64,000 nt of DNA from a virus. Its lineage: Duplodnaviria; Caudoviricetes. Below the pieces are notes generated by a model that was given only the letters and a program-made list of their open reading frames with translations, ran no database searches and was not told the DNA's origin. Positions within the stretch are counted from its first letter, which is position 1. Each line of letters begins with the position of its first letter. The stretch covers positions 32,001-96,000 of the IMG/VR virus record IMGVR_UViG_3300028591_003923; one strand, 5' to 3'. Positions 37,546-48,700 of this stretch are shown in pieces. The position numbers and the translations under genes were made by a program.

Positions 37546-38962
37546 AAAAGATTTAACAACTTTTTCTCTTTCTGTTTATGGCGATGTAACCGCTGTTAGT
37601 GAAGTGTTATCTAAAGCAAGATGCCGAATCTTTTATAAGTATGGAAATAGAAATGGTACTTATATAACGGACGAATTTGCCGAACAGTTGATTTCTACTT
37701 TGCCTTACGTGCCGGTAAAGGGAATCTATGATAGTATGGAGCAAGATTTTACTGACCATGGACATGAGCGCTATGAGGGTAGAATTTATGGTATCGTACC
37801 AGAGAATCCTAATTTTGCTTGGGAAAAACACGTAGATGACGACGGAGTAGAAAGAGAGTATGCTTGTACAGATGTATATCTGTTTACAGGTATTTATAAA
37901 AAGGAAGCTCTGGATGTTATTTCAAAGGCTCAATCTATGGAGTTATTTGCGGACTCTATTAAAGGTGACTGGAAATATATTGACGGAAAGCGTTATTATG
38001 TTTTTACAGAAGGTAGGTTTTTAGGTTTACAAGCATTAGGTGATGATTACGAGCCTTGCTTTGAAGGCGCCGCCTTCTACACCTTAATGGATTCAATTGA
38101 TTCAGTAATGACACAGATTGAAAAATATGAAAAGCAACTAGAGTCACAAGGAGGACAAACAATGAATTTTAAACTTTCTGATAATCAGAAATATAATATG
38201 ATTTGGACTCTTCTTAATACAAGATTCAATGAAGAAAACGATTACGTAATGGATTATTCTATCTGTGAAGTTTATGATGATTATGCACTTGTGTATAATT
38301 TTGAAACTCAGGGATATGAAAGAGTTCATTATACAAAAGACGATAAGACCGATTCATTAGAACTCGGTGAAAGAGAAGTCGCTTATATCGTTGATGTAAA
38401 TGAAGAGGAAAAGCGCGCATTAGACGTTCTTCATGAAATGAACAACAGCACATATGAAAAAGTTGATACTATGGTATCTGACTTACAAGGTGAAGTTGCT
38501 TCACTGAAAGAAAATGTTTCTTCGCTTGAAGAAAATGTTAATGATTTTACTCAGAAAAATGAAGAGCAGAGCGCGACAATTTCTACTTTAGAACAGGAGA
38601 AAGCAGACTTACAGAACGAACTGAACGAAAAGACTGAGGCTTATACTAACGCGCAGACTCAAATTGAAGAGCTTACAACTGAGAAAGAAGAGTTAGAAAC
38701 TTATAAAGCAAATATTGTGCATGAGCAAAAGGAAGCAATTCTGGCGCAGTATAATAATTTACTGAATGAGGAAACACTTAATTCTTACAATGAAAAGCTT
38801 GATGATATGACAAGTGATCAGTTAGAAAGAGAATTAGCTTACGCTTTAGTTCAATCTAAGCCTACACTGTTCTCAAAGAATGATGAAAACCACAACTTTG
38901 CCCCGAAAGATGATAAAGCTGAAGAGGGCATTACTGGTATTCTGAATAGATATAAGAAATAA
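37532..38962 (+). CDS. prohead protease / scaffold fusion
   Basis: NRNG, H, QSMEL, LG..EPCFE protease motifs; C-terminal coiled coil. Confidence 0.75.
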   Translation: MPMDKKDLTTFSLSVYGDVTAVSEVLSKARCRIFYKYGNRNGTYITDEFAEQLISTLPYVPVKGIYDSMEQDFTDHGHERYEGRIYGIVPENPNFAWEKHVDDDGVEREYACTDVYLFTGIYKKEALDVISKAQSMELFADSIKGDWKYIDGKRYYVFTEGRFLGLQALGDDYEPCFEGAAFYTLMDSIDSVMTQIEKYEKQLESQGGQTMNFKLSDNQKYNMIWTLLNTRFNEENDYVMDYSICEVYDDYALVYNFETQGYERVHYTKDDKTDSLELGEREVAYIVDVNEEEKRALDVLHEMNNSTYEKVDTMVSDLQGEVASLKENVSSLEENVNDFTQKNEEQSATISTLEQEKADLQNELNEKTEAYTNAQTQIEELTTEKEELETYKANIVHEQKEAILAQYNNLLNEETLNSYNEKLDDMTSDQLERELAYALVQSKPTLFSKNDENHNFAPKDDKAEEGITGILNRYKK

Positions 38963-38978
38963 TAACGGAGGAATTATT

Positions 38979-39560
38979 ATGGCTTTACAAAGATTAGTAA
39001 TTGACGGTTTTGGTCAATGCGAATTAAATAATGCAGCCTTCCGTAGAGATGGTAGAATTGAAGCTCAGTGCGAGCTTGATGCTACTGATTTTGCTACGGA
39101 TGTTGCAGAAAATGGTATGCTTTTAGCCGTTGATAAGATCAATAAGACTATTAAGTATGCTGTTGACGGTTCACTGCCAATTGCTCTTAATTATTCTGCA
39201 GAACATATGTATGATGATAGAGCTAATGGACTGAAGGATTTTTCACTCAAGAGAGGAGAATTTTATCCAAGAGTTGGATATCTTGCAGTTGGTGATTTAT
39301 TTACTACAAACTGCATTTGCTATGATGATGAGGAATTTGAAGCTGTTACCACACAAGGAGAAGAGGCTACAGCAGAGGAAGTATTTATTGAAGCACTTGA
39401 AGATGTAGCTACGACACAACTTTATGGTGGAATTAGTGCAGAAGGAGCTATTAAAGTTTCTGCTACTAAGCCGACAGTTGGTCCTGTTTTAGCAGTAGTA
39501 AAGAAAACGACAATGCCGGATGGACAACTTGCAGTTCAGTTCCAAGTATATGAAGCATAA
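38979..39560 (+). CDS. head decoration / capsid-associated protein
   Basis: Position between scaffold and capsid; ENGML motif. Confidence 0.6.
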   Translation: MALQRLVIDGFGQCELNNAAFRRDGRIEAQCELDATDFATDVAENGMLLAVDKINKTIKYAVDGSLPIALNYSAEHMYDDRANGLKDFSLKRGEFYPRVGYLAVGDLFTTNCICYDDEEFEAVTTQGEEATAEEVFIEALEDVATTQLYGGISAEGAIKVSATKPTVGPVLAVVKKTTMPDGQLAVQFQVYEA

Positions 39561-39571
39561 GGGGAGGTTTA

Positions 39572-40600
39572 GTGATGACTTTAGAAGAACTTAAAAAATT
39601 AGCTATTTATGCAGCTAAGAATGAAGCGCCTGCTAACTTCTCTGTTGACAATGTTGATGCTGCACTGGCAGATGGACTGAGAGATTTAGCAGGTTCTATA
39701 AATCAATTTATGAAAAATAGATATGATATTTATGATATCATTATTACAGCAGTAGACGAAGTCGTTCCTAAGAACGTTATAGATGCTGTTAGTATTTTTG
39801 CTGAAGTACAGCAAGTTCCACAGGGACAGAAAGCTATCTTTAAGCAGAAGGTTGGAAAGTTAAGAGCAAAGCAATTTCTTACACAAGTAGGACTTAGCGG
39901 AGTTTATGAAACATTTAGACTTGACAACAAGACTTTTGAACTTGGTGGACATGCAGTCGGCGGAGCTACAACTCTTGATTTTGAGAGAATGCTTGATGGC
40001 GCTGAAATTATGTCTGAATATGTTGATGTTCTGACAGAAGGTCAGACAGAAGCAGTTTATAGGGAGATTCAAAAGGCTCTGCGCGCGGCTCTGAATGATA
40101 AACCTAATACAAACAAGGTTATACAAAACGGTTTTGATGCTGATAAGATGTTTAAACTTTGTAGTGTTGTTAAAGCTTATGGTAATGGCGCAGTTATTTT
40201 TGCACCGCCAGAGTTCGTAGGAGCTATGGGACCAGATGCCATCGTTCCAGTTGGAACAAATTATCAAGGTATTTATCATCCACAGGATATTGATAGAATC
40301 CACAACGAGGGATACATTAATATCTTCAGAGGAACTCCTATTGTTCAGATTCCGCAGTCATATGTTGATGAGAACAATGTAGCTACTTACATTGACCCAC
40401 AATTAGCATACGTGCTTCCAACAGGTGGAGATAGAGTAGTTAAGGTAGTTCTTGAAGGAAATACACAGATTTACGATTGGACAAATAAGGATAACTCACT
40501 TGAGATTGACACATATAGAAAGCTCGGTGTTGCTATTCTTACACAACACAACTGGGGAATTTATCAGAATACTGGTATTACTCAGACTTACCAAGAGTAA
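39572..40600 (+). CDS. major capsid protein
   Basis: Position, 342 aa, FRGTPIV, strong terminator 40615-40650. Confidence 0.75.
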   Translation: MMTLEELKKLAIYAAKNEAPANFSVDNVDAALADGLRDLAGSINQFMKNRYDIYDIIITAVDEVVPKNVIDAVSIFAEVQQVPQGQKAIFKQKVGKLRAKQFLTQVGLSGVYETFRLDNKTFELGGHAVGGATTLDFERMLDGAEIMSEYVDVLTEGQTEAVYREIQKALRAALNDKPNTNKVIQNGFDADKMFKLCSVVKAYGNGAVIFAPPEFVGAMGPDAIVPVGTNYQGIYHPQDIDRIHNEGYINIFRGTPIVQIPQSYVDENNVATYIDPQLAYVLPTGGDRVVKVVLEGNTQIYDWTNKDNSLEIDTYRKLGVAILTQHNWGIYQNTGITQTYQE

Positions 40601-40676
40601 TTGATATTATTAATGGGGAGGAGGGGGTACACCTCCTCCCTTAATTTTTATTTTAGGCGTATAAAGGAGAATTAAA

Positions 40677-41159
40677 ATGAAGGTTAAAGTTAAAAGTTTA
40701 GTTAGTGGCACCGTTGGTGTGAAAGATGTTGATTTAAGAATCAATAGAACTTGGAATAAGAAGGGCGCAGTATATGCTTTTGAATTAGAAGATTTAGAAC
40801 AACTTATGTATGATCCAGGCGTAGAATATATGTTCAGAGAAGGTATTCTTGCAGTTGTTGGACCTGATGCTGAAAAGATTAATATTCAACTTGGTTTACA
40901 AGATGAAAATGAGGCACCTAAGTTGTTTGAATTAACTGATGAGAAAATGAAAGAAATTATGAGCATGAAGATGGTTGACTTTAGAAAAGCAGTTAAAGAT
41001 TTAACTCGTGAGCAACGACATGTACTTGTAGAATACTGCATTGAAAATAAAATTAGAGATTATGATAGGGACATGTTCTTAAAGGAACTAACACATACTG
41101 ACATTTTAAAAGCCATAGAACTAAATGAATTGGATAAGGAAGAAGTAAAGGAGGCTTAA
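40677..41159 (+). CDS. hypothetical structural-module protein
   Basis: RBS, synteny. Confidence 0.6.
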   Translation: MKVKVKSLVSGTVGVKDVDLRINRTWNKKGAVYAFELEDLEQLMYDPGVEYMFREGILAVVGPDAEKINIQLGLQDENEAPKLFELTDEKMKEIMSMKMVDFRKAVKDLTREQRHVLVEYCIENKIRDYDRDMFLKELTHTDILKAIELNELDKEEVKEA

Positions 41160-41160
41160 C

Positions 41161-41589
41161 ATGACTTCCATTCAGAAAGTATATGATGCTTTTCTTTCTA
41201 AAATGTTAGAAGACGAATGGTTAAATTGGACAGAAGAAGAGATTCAAATGGATTGGCGTTCTTTACTTGATGCGGCGATTCCTTTCTTTAAGTTTCCACG
41301 GGTTGATTTAAGCATTAATGAAAATGACCAATTTGAAGGAGACTTAACTAACGTTGAAATACAAATTTTAGCTACGTATATGAAATGCGAATGGCTGAAT
41401 AGGACAATTTTAACTTGGGAAAATGTTAAGCCTTTATATGTTGAACGAGATTTTTCTCAGGCGAATTTAATTGATAAATTAAAAAGTTTATTAGAAAGAG
41501 AGGAGTATAAGGCGTTAAAATTGGAACGAGTTTACTATCGTTCACGGAGCGGCAAACCATTTGATTACAAAAAGTTAGCAGGTGATTAA
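41161..41589 (+). CDS. head-tail adaptor (putative)
   Basis: Synteny; DFSQANL motif. Confidence 0.6.
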   Translation: MTSIQKVYDAFLSKMLEDEWLNWTEEEIQMDWRSLLDAAIPFFKFPRVDLSINENDQFEGDLTNVEIQILATYMKCEWLNRTILTWENVKPLYVERDFSQANLIDKLKSLLEREEYKALKLERVYYRSRSGKPFDYKKLAGD

Positions 41590-41857
41590 TATGGAATATA
41601 CTCCGGAAGTAGAAGAAGGATATGCTAATAAGCTGAAAAATAAACTGTTTGGTTTACTTTGTGAGTATGAGAAAGGGCGTGAATGGGAGAAGTTTTTAGA
41701 TTCAATTTTAATTGAGTTAGAAGGCTTTGACGTGGATGAAAGAACGATTAATTATTATACGCTGTATCATAAGTTAGCTTCTTTAAGATATTTACGTTAT
41801 GAGTATTTTCGGAATACAATTTTTGATTGTATGACTTTACTCTCAAAGGGGGTATAA
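41582..41857 (+). CDS. hypothetical structural-module protein
   Basis: Overlapping ORF in operon. Confidence 0.6.
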   Translation: MINMEYTPEVEEGYANKLKNKLFGLLCEYEKGREWEKFLDSILIELEGFDVDERTINYYTLYHKLASLRYLRYEYFRNTIFDCMTLLSKGV

Positions 41858-41858
41858 G

Positions 41859-42590
41859 ATGGGAGAATATTATGAAGAAGTATATTTAAAGAGGTTAAAT
41901 AGATATGGAATTGACTTTCAGTCACGTCTACAGCGCCAGCGCGAAGAAAACTTTCATAGACAGCTACTTAAATCAGTTTATTATGTAAACTTTGACTACA
42001 AAGATAAACAATATGAGGGAGAATTTACTCCTTGTAAGCAGAATGAAACGAAGACAATTCATTATTTATTAACTGACGTGAATTTGAATATACCGAATGG
42101 AACTATTTTAATGATGCCGGATAAGGACGGAGAAAGAGAACCTTGGATGGTTTATTATTTGGAAGATTATGTTGCAAGCGGTTATAATAGATATTTTATG
42201 TTGAAGATGACACATTATCTTACTTGGAAAGATAGACAAGGTGTAGAACAACATGCTTGGGCTTATTTCTATGGACAAGAAGATAATATGTTAAAAGATG
42301 AATTGAAATCAAGAAGTAGAAATAAAACGCTATATACGGAAAATTTAAAGTTAAGCTTTTTCATTACGCCGGTCAATGGAAAAATAAGAAAAGATGATTA
42401 TTTTGAAGTTGGTGAAGGTGATTTGTTAGAAGCTTATGTTGTTACGGGTTATGATATACAATCTACACCTGGTGTAGAGTTCGTATCGGTTGACCCGCAA
42501 TATATTAGAGATCATTCTGCGCCACCGGAGAAGAAAGAAGACGATAAGGATGAAGATTTTTATTGGCTTAATAAGGGGGTGACAGAATGA
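41859..42590 (+). CDS. head closure protein (putative)
   Basis: Synteny, beta-rich. Confidence 0.55.
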   Translation: MGEYYEEVYLKRLNRYGIDFQSRLQRQREENFHRQLLKSVYYVNFDYKDKQYEGEFTPCKQNETKTIHYLLTDVNLNIPNGTILMMPDKDGEREPWMVYYLEDYVASGYNRYFMLKMTHYLTWKDRQGVEQHAWAYFYGQEDNMLKDELKSRSRNKTLYTENLKLSFFITPVNGKIRKDDYFEVGEGDLLEAYVVTGYDIQSTPGVEFVSVDPQYIRDHSAPPEKKEDDKDEDFYWLNKGVTE

Positions 42591-43078
42591 CGGTAAGAAA
42601 TTGTGCCGATATTGGAATTAATGCACAATATATAATTAAAAGATTGTTAGCTAATCAAAATTTACTTAAGCTTTTATATTATACGGACAAAGACCCATTG
42701 TCTCATGATGATTTAACTCAAGAACAAATACAGACTGAGATTTTTAGTAATTTTGTGAAGATAGTACCGAGAATTGGACCGAAAGAAACGGCTCACTCAA
42801 TTATTGTACTTAGAATCGCGCGAGGCCGTGGTTTAATATCAAACAAAGAATTTAAAAATGTTATGTTTAGTATAGAAACTTTTGTTCCTCAAACACAGTG
42901 GATTATTAAAGGCACAAATTTGCGCCCGTTTGCAATAATGGGTGAAGTACAAAAATCTTTAAATGGAAAGAAAATAGAAGGGTTAGGTAAAATTTCCGGC
43001 GGTGACTTTGATTTGAATTTCTTATCAGAAGAAATGACCGCATATGAACAGGATTTTGTTTTAACAAGTTATGATTAA
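42587..43078 (+). CDS. tail terminator/completion protein (putative)
   Basis: Synteny; LLKLLYY...RPF..M..I..SLNG. Confidence 0.55.
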   Translation: MTVRNCADIGINAQYIIKRLLANQNLLKLLYYTDKDPLSHDDLTQEQIQTEIFSNFVKIVPRIGPKETAHSIIVLRIARGRGLISNKEFKNVMFSIETFVPQTQWIIKGTNLRPFAIMGEVQKSLNGKKIEGLGKISGGDFDLNFLSEEMTAYEQDFVLTSYD

Positions 43079-43805
43079 TGAAAAGATTTTTCTTGGCTTT
43101 CCAATTGATTTTAGGGATGTTTGTAAAGTGTACCCTCCAACTGTGAATGATATGTGCGGCGACGAAAAGTTTGAGTATTGTCAGATGTTATTTATGATAA
43201 CACAAGAAGAACTTGAAGATGCTTATGTTAATGAAAATGTACCGGCAATTCCAACACCTTTTCAATATTTGTTAATGAACGTGCATCAAGACGACGTCGC
43301 GCGCACTAACGTTTTATATGGATTTCAGAAGCTACTGCGCGAGCCTGTAACAATAGTTCCAGAATTGGAAGTTATTATTATAGGTAAGAGTGAAGAAGAA
43401 TTAGACCCAGATAAGGACTTAGAGAATCCACGAGTAATTGATGCAAACAATTATTTTGATTTTCAAAACGTTGTAAGGGCTGTACTAGGCGCGCCAGCGG
43501 CAGAGGCGCCTGATCCAGACGAAGACCCAAGAGTTAAACGTATTAAGGCCAAAGGGCGCGCAAGGGAACGTTTAAAGGCTAAACGTGGTGGAGGAACAAA
43601 TTTTGGGACTTTGGTAGCTGCAATTTGTTGTATGGGAATAGGATTAACTCCACTTAATATCGGAGAGATAAGTTATGCGTGTGTACCATGGTTAATTGGT
43701 ATGAGTCAGCAAAAAGAAGAATATGATATTGATATTCGTGCGTTGCTGGCTGGCGCAGACAAAAAGAAAGTTAAACCAAAATATTGGATTAAGGATTTAA
43801 ATTAA
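43071..43805 (+). CDS. hypothetical tail-module protein
   Basis: Synteny. Confidence 0.55.
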   Translation: MINEKIFLGFPIDFRDVCKVYPPTVNDMCGDEKFEYCQMLFMITQEELEDAYVNENVPAIPTPFQYLLMNVHQDDVARTNVLYGFQKLLREPVTIVPELEVIIIGKSEEELDPDKDLENPRVIDANNYFDFQNVVRAVLGAPAAEAPDPDEDPRVKRIKAKGRARERLKAKRGGGTNFGTLVAAICCMGIGLTPLNIGEISYACVPWLIGMSQQKEEYDIDIRALLAGADKKKVKPKYWIKDLN

Positions 43806-43832
43806 ATATAAGAAATATAGGAGGCTATATTT

Positions 43833-44861
43833 ATGGCAAGTATTCTTGATAAATATGGAATCAAAGAGGTTGCTGACGTAGTATTCTATGAGTTAGATAG
43901 TTCAGGTGCTCCTTCTGCTCCTGCTCTTTACCTCGATTCTTTAAAGGTTTCTACAGTTGAGCAGTCTGCTGAAACTGTAGATGCTACAGGTGGTAAAGGT
44001 AACGTTAAGCTGCTTACTTGGGATACAAATAAGGAGATTACGTTAACTCTTGAAGATGCTTTATTTAGTGCTAAATCTCTTGGTATTATGTTTGGCGGTA
44101 CTATGACTGAGCCACTTGATAGTAATGGTAACTCAGCTCAGGAAGTATTAAAAACTTTAAGACCAAAAGATGTAGAAGGTATTGGATTAAAAACAGCTCC
44201 TACTACGAAAGCTTACTGGAAGTTTAATCTTAAGAATAAGGATTATTGTATTGATAAGTTAAAAGCTACTTATTTTGTATACAATACTGGTGAAACTGAA
44301 CCAAGTCCTGTCGTTCCTTCTGCTTCTATCACTACAGACGCTTTTGATTTTATGACTTTTGATTTACTGGATTGCACAGGATTAGATGCTGATGGATATG
44401 CTCAAGCTAGAGATAATACCTCTGGAGGGTATAACGGAATCGTATCAAAAGGAATCACTATTGATATTACTTCAAACTTTGATTCTAATACATATTATAT
44501 TACTGGTGATACATATGCTAGAAATTATGAATCTGGTAAAGATGAGTTCTTACAGTTCATTGTTCCGAAGGGAAAAGTTTCTGCAGAAGATGTTTCACTC
44601 ACAATGGAAGCTGATGGAGATCCAGCTACATTCTCAATGACAGTTAATTGCCTGAAAGCTAATGACGATTCAATGATTAAACTTGTTAAGTATACACTCG
44701 GTGATGAACAGGGTGCTGGTACGCTTAATAAGGGCGTAGCTTCAGTTCTTGACCAGTATAATGATACTGGAGACAAGGAAAATAATGGATATGTACCAAA
44801 TGCTTCTATAGCAACACAGAGTCTGAATGATGAGACTACTGCAACAGATTTACAAAACTAA
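43833..44861 (+). CDS. major tail tube protein
   Basis: ATGGKGN, LTMEADGDPATF tail-tube-like motifs; followed by terminator. Confidence 0.7.
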   Translation: MASILDKYGIKEVADVVFYELDSSGAPSAPALYLDSLKVSTVEQSAETVDATGGKGNVKLLTWDTNKEITLTLEDALFSAKSLGIMFGGTMTEPLDSNGNSAQEVLKTLRPKDVEGIGLKTAPTTKAYWKFNLKNKDYCIDKLKATYFVYNTGETEPSPVVPSASITTDAFDFMTFDLLDCTGLDADGYAQARDNTSGGYNGIVSKGITIDITSNFDSNTYYITGDTYARNYESGKDEFLQFIVPKGKVSAEDVSLTMEADGDPATFSMTVNCLKANDDSMIKLVKYTLGDEQGAGTLNKGVASVLDQYNDTGDKENNGYVPNASIATQSLNDETTATDLQN

Positions 44862-44924
44862 TTAGACACACTAATTTTGGCGGGGAGGCGGCAATCGCCT
44901 CCTCGTTTTTCTTAGGAGAAACAA

Positions 44925-45722
44925 ATGGATAATGAATTTGGTATGCAAGAACTGTACTTTGTGCAGCTAAAATCCACTTATCCTATGGAGATAAATGGAA
45001 AACAAATTGCCGCTGGAGAAACAATCGCGGCATTTGATAAGGTTCAAATAGCCAACTTTCAAGAAATTCATCAAGAGGTAGCCGCGCAAGGTGGTTATGA
45101 GGGACGAAAACTGGTTGTTTGGACAAGGACTAAAGGAGTAGAATTAGCCTTTACACAAGGTATATTTTCAAAAGCACAATTCGGATTACTTAATAATACG
45201 GGTTTATTAAAAATAGATAAATCCGATTTACAAATTTCACAGCGCGATTACGTAGAAGCTAACGACCAAGGAATTATTGAGCTTACGCATGAGCCTGTGG
45301 ATAACTGGATTTTCGTATATAATGCCGAGACAGGTGAAAAATTAACCGACCTGGCGCGCATTGGCGAAAAACAAATTCAGACTCCTTTAGTATATAAAGA
45401 TGTTATTGTAGATTATAATTATGAATATGATAATGGCGCAGTTGCATCTATCGTTGGAAAGGAGTTACTGGAAGGGTGTATAAGTTTGGAAGGACGCTCC
45501 AGAATTAAGGACGACGTTACAGGTACAACACATACAGCTATTATTAAAATACCACGATTAAAAATAACGTCAAACTTTAACTTACTTTTAGGAGCGAATG
45601 CCCAGCCGGTAGTTGGGAAATTCACGGGAACGGCGTTGCCGATAGAACGTGGGTATGAAAAAGAGATTTTAGAAATTTACTTCCTAGAAGATGATATAGA
45701 TAAAGATGATGAGTGGCGTTGA
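44925..45722 (+). CDS. second tail-tube-like paralog
   Basis: Aligns by eye with 43833 at both termini. Confidence 0.6.
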   Translation: MDNEFGMQELYFVQLKSTYPMEINGKQIAAGETIAAFDKVQIANFQEIHQEVAAQGGYEGRKLVVWTRTKGVELAFTQGIFSKAQFGLLNNTGLLKIDKSDLQISQRDYVEANDQGIIELTHEPVDNWIFVYNAETGEKLTDLARIGEKQIQTPLVYKDVIVDYNYEYDNGAVASIVGKELLEGCISLEGRSRIKDDVTGTTHTAIIKIPRLKITSNFNLLLGANAQPVVGKFTGTALPIERGYEKEILEIYFLEDDIDKDDEWR

Positions 45723-45759
45723 TTTTTAATCAACGTCATTTTTTATTGGAGGGAAGAAG

Positions 45760-48700
45760 ATGGCAGATAATGTAGTAGATATATTATTACGTGCAAGAAT
45801 GGAAGCTGGTGATGTAGCTTCTGGTGTTAATAGTATTCAAAAAGCTTTGAATGGGTTAACTCTGCCTAAGAATGTATCAGGAGATTTAGAAAAGCAATTT
45901 GCTAAAATAGGGCCTTTATTAAAGGATTATCAAAAACAATTAGATAAAGGTTTTAAAACATCAAAGGATTTAAAGAATTTAGAATTATTAAAAAGTAAAA
46001 TTACGGATACTTTTGGTGAAATTAAAGATAGATTACAAGATGTTAATGGACAAGAAATTCGTTTTAAAGCTGACACACAAGAGATTGCAAAATTAGAAAA
46101 AGAATTAGACGGATTACAGACTAAATTAAAAGATAAAATTGGTGGTATTTATAAAAGCAATCAAACAGATCAAAGCATTAAAACCAATATTAATAATTTA
46201 CAAAAAGCGTTAAGTGTTCAATTTAAAAGTGGTAATTTTAAATTCCCTGCATTAAAAGAATTAACTTCTGGTTTGCGTCAAGCTTTAAATACTAAAGACT
46301 TTGTTACTTTTAATAGTCAAATAGATAATATTCGAGATAAAATTAATAGTTTATCTGCAAGTAGTAAAATTAATATTGCTGATTCTTTAGGACTTAAATA
46401 TGCAGCGAATGATGCTAACGCGGCTGGAAGAGAGATTAATAAATTTTTGACTAGTATACAGGTTAATAAAACGGCTGCAAATAGTATTGAAACTTTAAGA
46501 ACTAAAATCACTGAAACAGGAAATACTTTACAGCAGCTTAAATTTGATTCAGCTACTAGAGGTGCAGAAGCATTAGGTAATACTAGCAGTGGAATTGATC
46601 AATTGATGAATTCTTTATCTGGTGCAGGGCAAAGTGCAGAACAAGCTGCAAATGGTATGTTGTCTATGCAGCAACAAGTTGATCAATTAAAGACATCTAC
46701 ACAATATTTCTTTAGTTTAAGAAATATGATTAACTTGTTAAAACAAGGCGTTTCACAAGCTGTTGATACAATTAAAGAACTTGATGCAGCAATGACGGAA
46801 ACTGCGGTTGTAGTACCAGAATGGGATGTTGGAGATATGTGGGCAAAATTGCCTGAATATACTCAAAACGCTAATAAATTGGGTGCTACTGTAGTAGATT
46901 TGTATAAAGCTACTACTTTGTATTATCAGCAGGGCCTTCGTGGAAATGAAGTTATGGATATAGCGGCAGAAACCATGAAAATGGCTCGTATCGGTGGTCT
47001 TGAAGCTGCTGATGCTACAGATAAAATGACTGCAGCTTTGCGTGGATTTAATATGGAAATTAACCAAGAATCAGCGCAAAGAATTAATGATGTTTATTCA
47101 AATTTGGCGGCGAATACTGCTTCTAATACAGAAGAACTTGGTACTGCTATGCAACGTACGGCGTCAATTGCTGCATCAGCAGGAATGAGTTTTGAGGGTA
47201 CTGCAGCGTTTTTGGCACAAGCAATTGAAACAACAAGAGAGCCTGCTGAAAATCTTGGTACTGCAATGAAGACAATTGTAGCAAGATTTACTGAACTCAA
47301 AAAAAATCCTCTTGAAATTAGTGAAGTAGATGGTGAAGAAGTTAGTTATAATAAGGTTGATACCGCATTACAATCTATAGGAGTTTCTTTAAAAGATACT
47401 AATGGTCAATTTAGAGATTTAGACCAAGTATTCTTAGATATTTCACAGCGTTGGGATAGCTTAACACAAACACAACAAAGGTATATTGCAACTCAGGCCG
47501 CAGGTTCTCGTCAGCAATCACGTTTTATTGCTATGATGAGTAACTATCAAAGAACCACTGAATTAATGGATTTTGCTAATAATTCAGAAGGAGCTTCACA
47601 AGAACAATTTGAAAAGACTATGGAATCCCTTGAAGCAAAAATGAACAAGCTTAAAAACGCTTGGGACGCCTTTTTAATGGGAATTACCGATAATCAAATT
47701 GTTAAAGGTGCGGTAGATGGTTTAACAGCATTAGTTGGTGGTGTTAATAAACTAATTGATGCTCTTAGCTTAGGTGTTGGTCCTCTTAAATCATTTATGT
47801 CATTAATGGCTGCTTTTACTGGTTTAAAAATGGGTGGTCGTTTTGTTAATTCGATGATTGGAGGACTTGGTGGATTAGTTGATCCAGCTTCTAGTTTTGG
47901 AGCCGGTTTTAAAAGTGGTATGGTGGGACGTGGTAATCCTGCTTTAGCAAGTCAAATATATAATCCTATAGTTGCTGCTATTCATGAATTAGGCGCGGCA
48001 ATGGGGCGCACCTTTGGTAATGGTAGTGGCGCGAATTCTTTATTTAATAAAACTGCGGATCAAATTAGGTATGATGCTTATAAAGCAGCACATCAAGAAT
48101 TTAAAAACATTGCTTTTAATCGTGGTGAATATGAAAATAAAAATGCTACAGTAAATGATTTAACAAAAGCATTAAGTAAGTTAGATACAAAAGATCAGAA
48201 TTTTTTAGGAAAAGCGTTTTTTAATACCACTAATGCAGCAAGACAAGCAATTTTTGGAGGTTGGAATAAAAAAGCTTATAGCTTTCATGGTCATGGAGAA
48301 GGAGAGCGAGCTTTTGGTAGAATTTCCATGCCAATGTTAAATAAGGCAGATAAAGCTATATATGCGGATGTAAAAAATAATTCGTTACCGTTATCTGAAT
48401 ATTTTAAACGAATACAAGATCCAGGAGTTATTAGACAAGCTTTAGATAATGCAAAAGCTGACACGAATAGTCCTATATATAAATTTGTTAGTAATTTAGA
48501 TAAAGGTATTACTGAACGCGTGACTCAGGCGGCTTCTTCTGTAGAAGAAAAAATTAAAAATTCTAACCTATCTGATGAAAAGAAGCAGGCTGCTTTAGAT
48601 AAATTTAAATCTGGTGATTTTAATCAAAAAGCCAGAGATGCGGAAATTGCAAGAATGCAAGCAAAAGGGATATTACCTAATGGAGAGGAAACTTTTAAAA

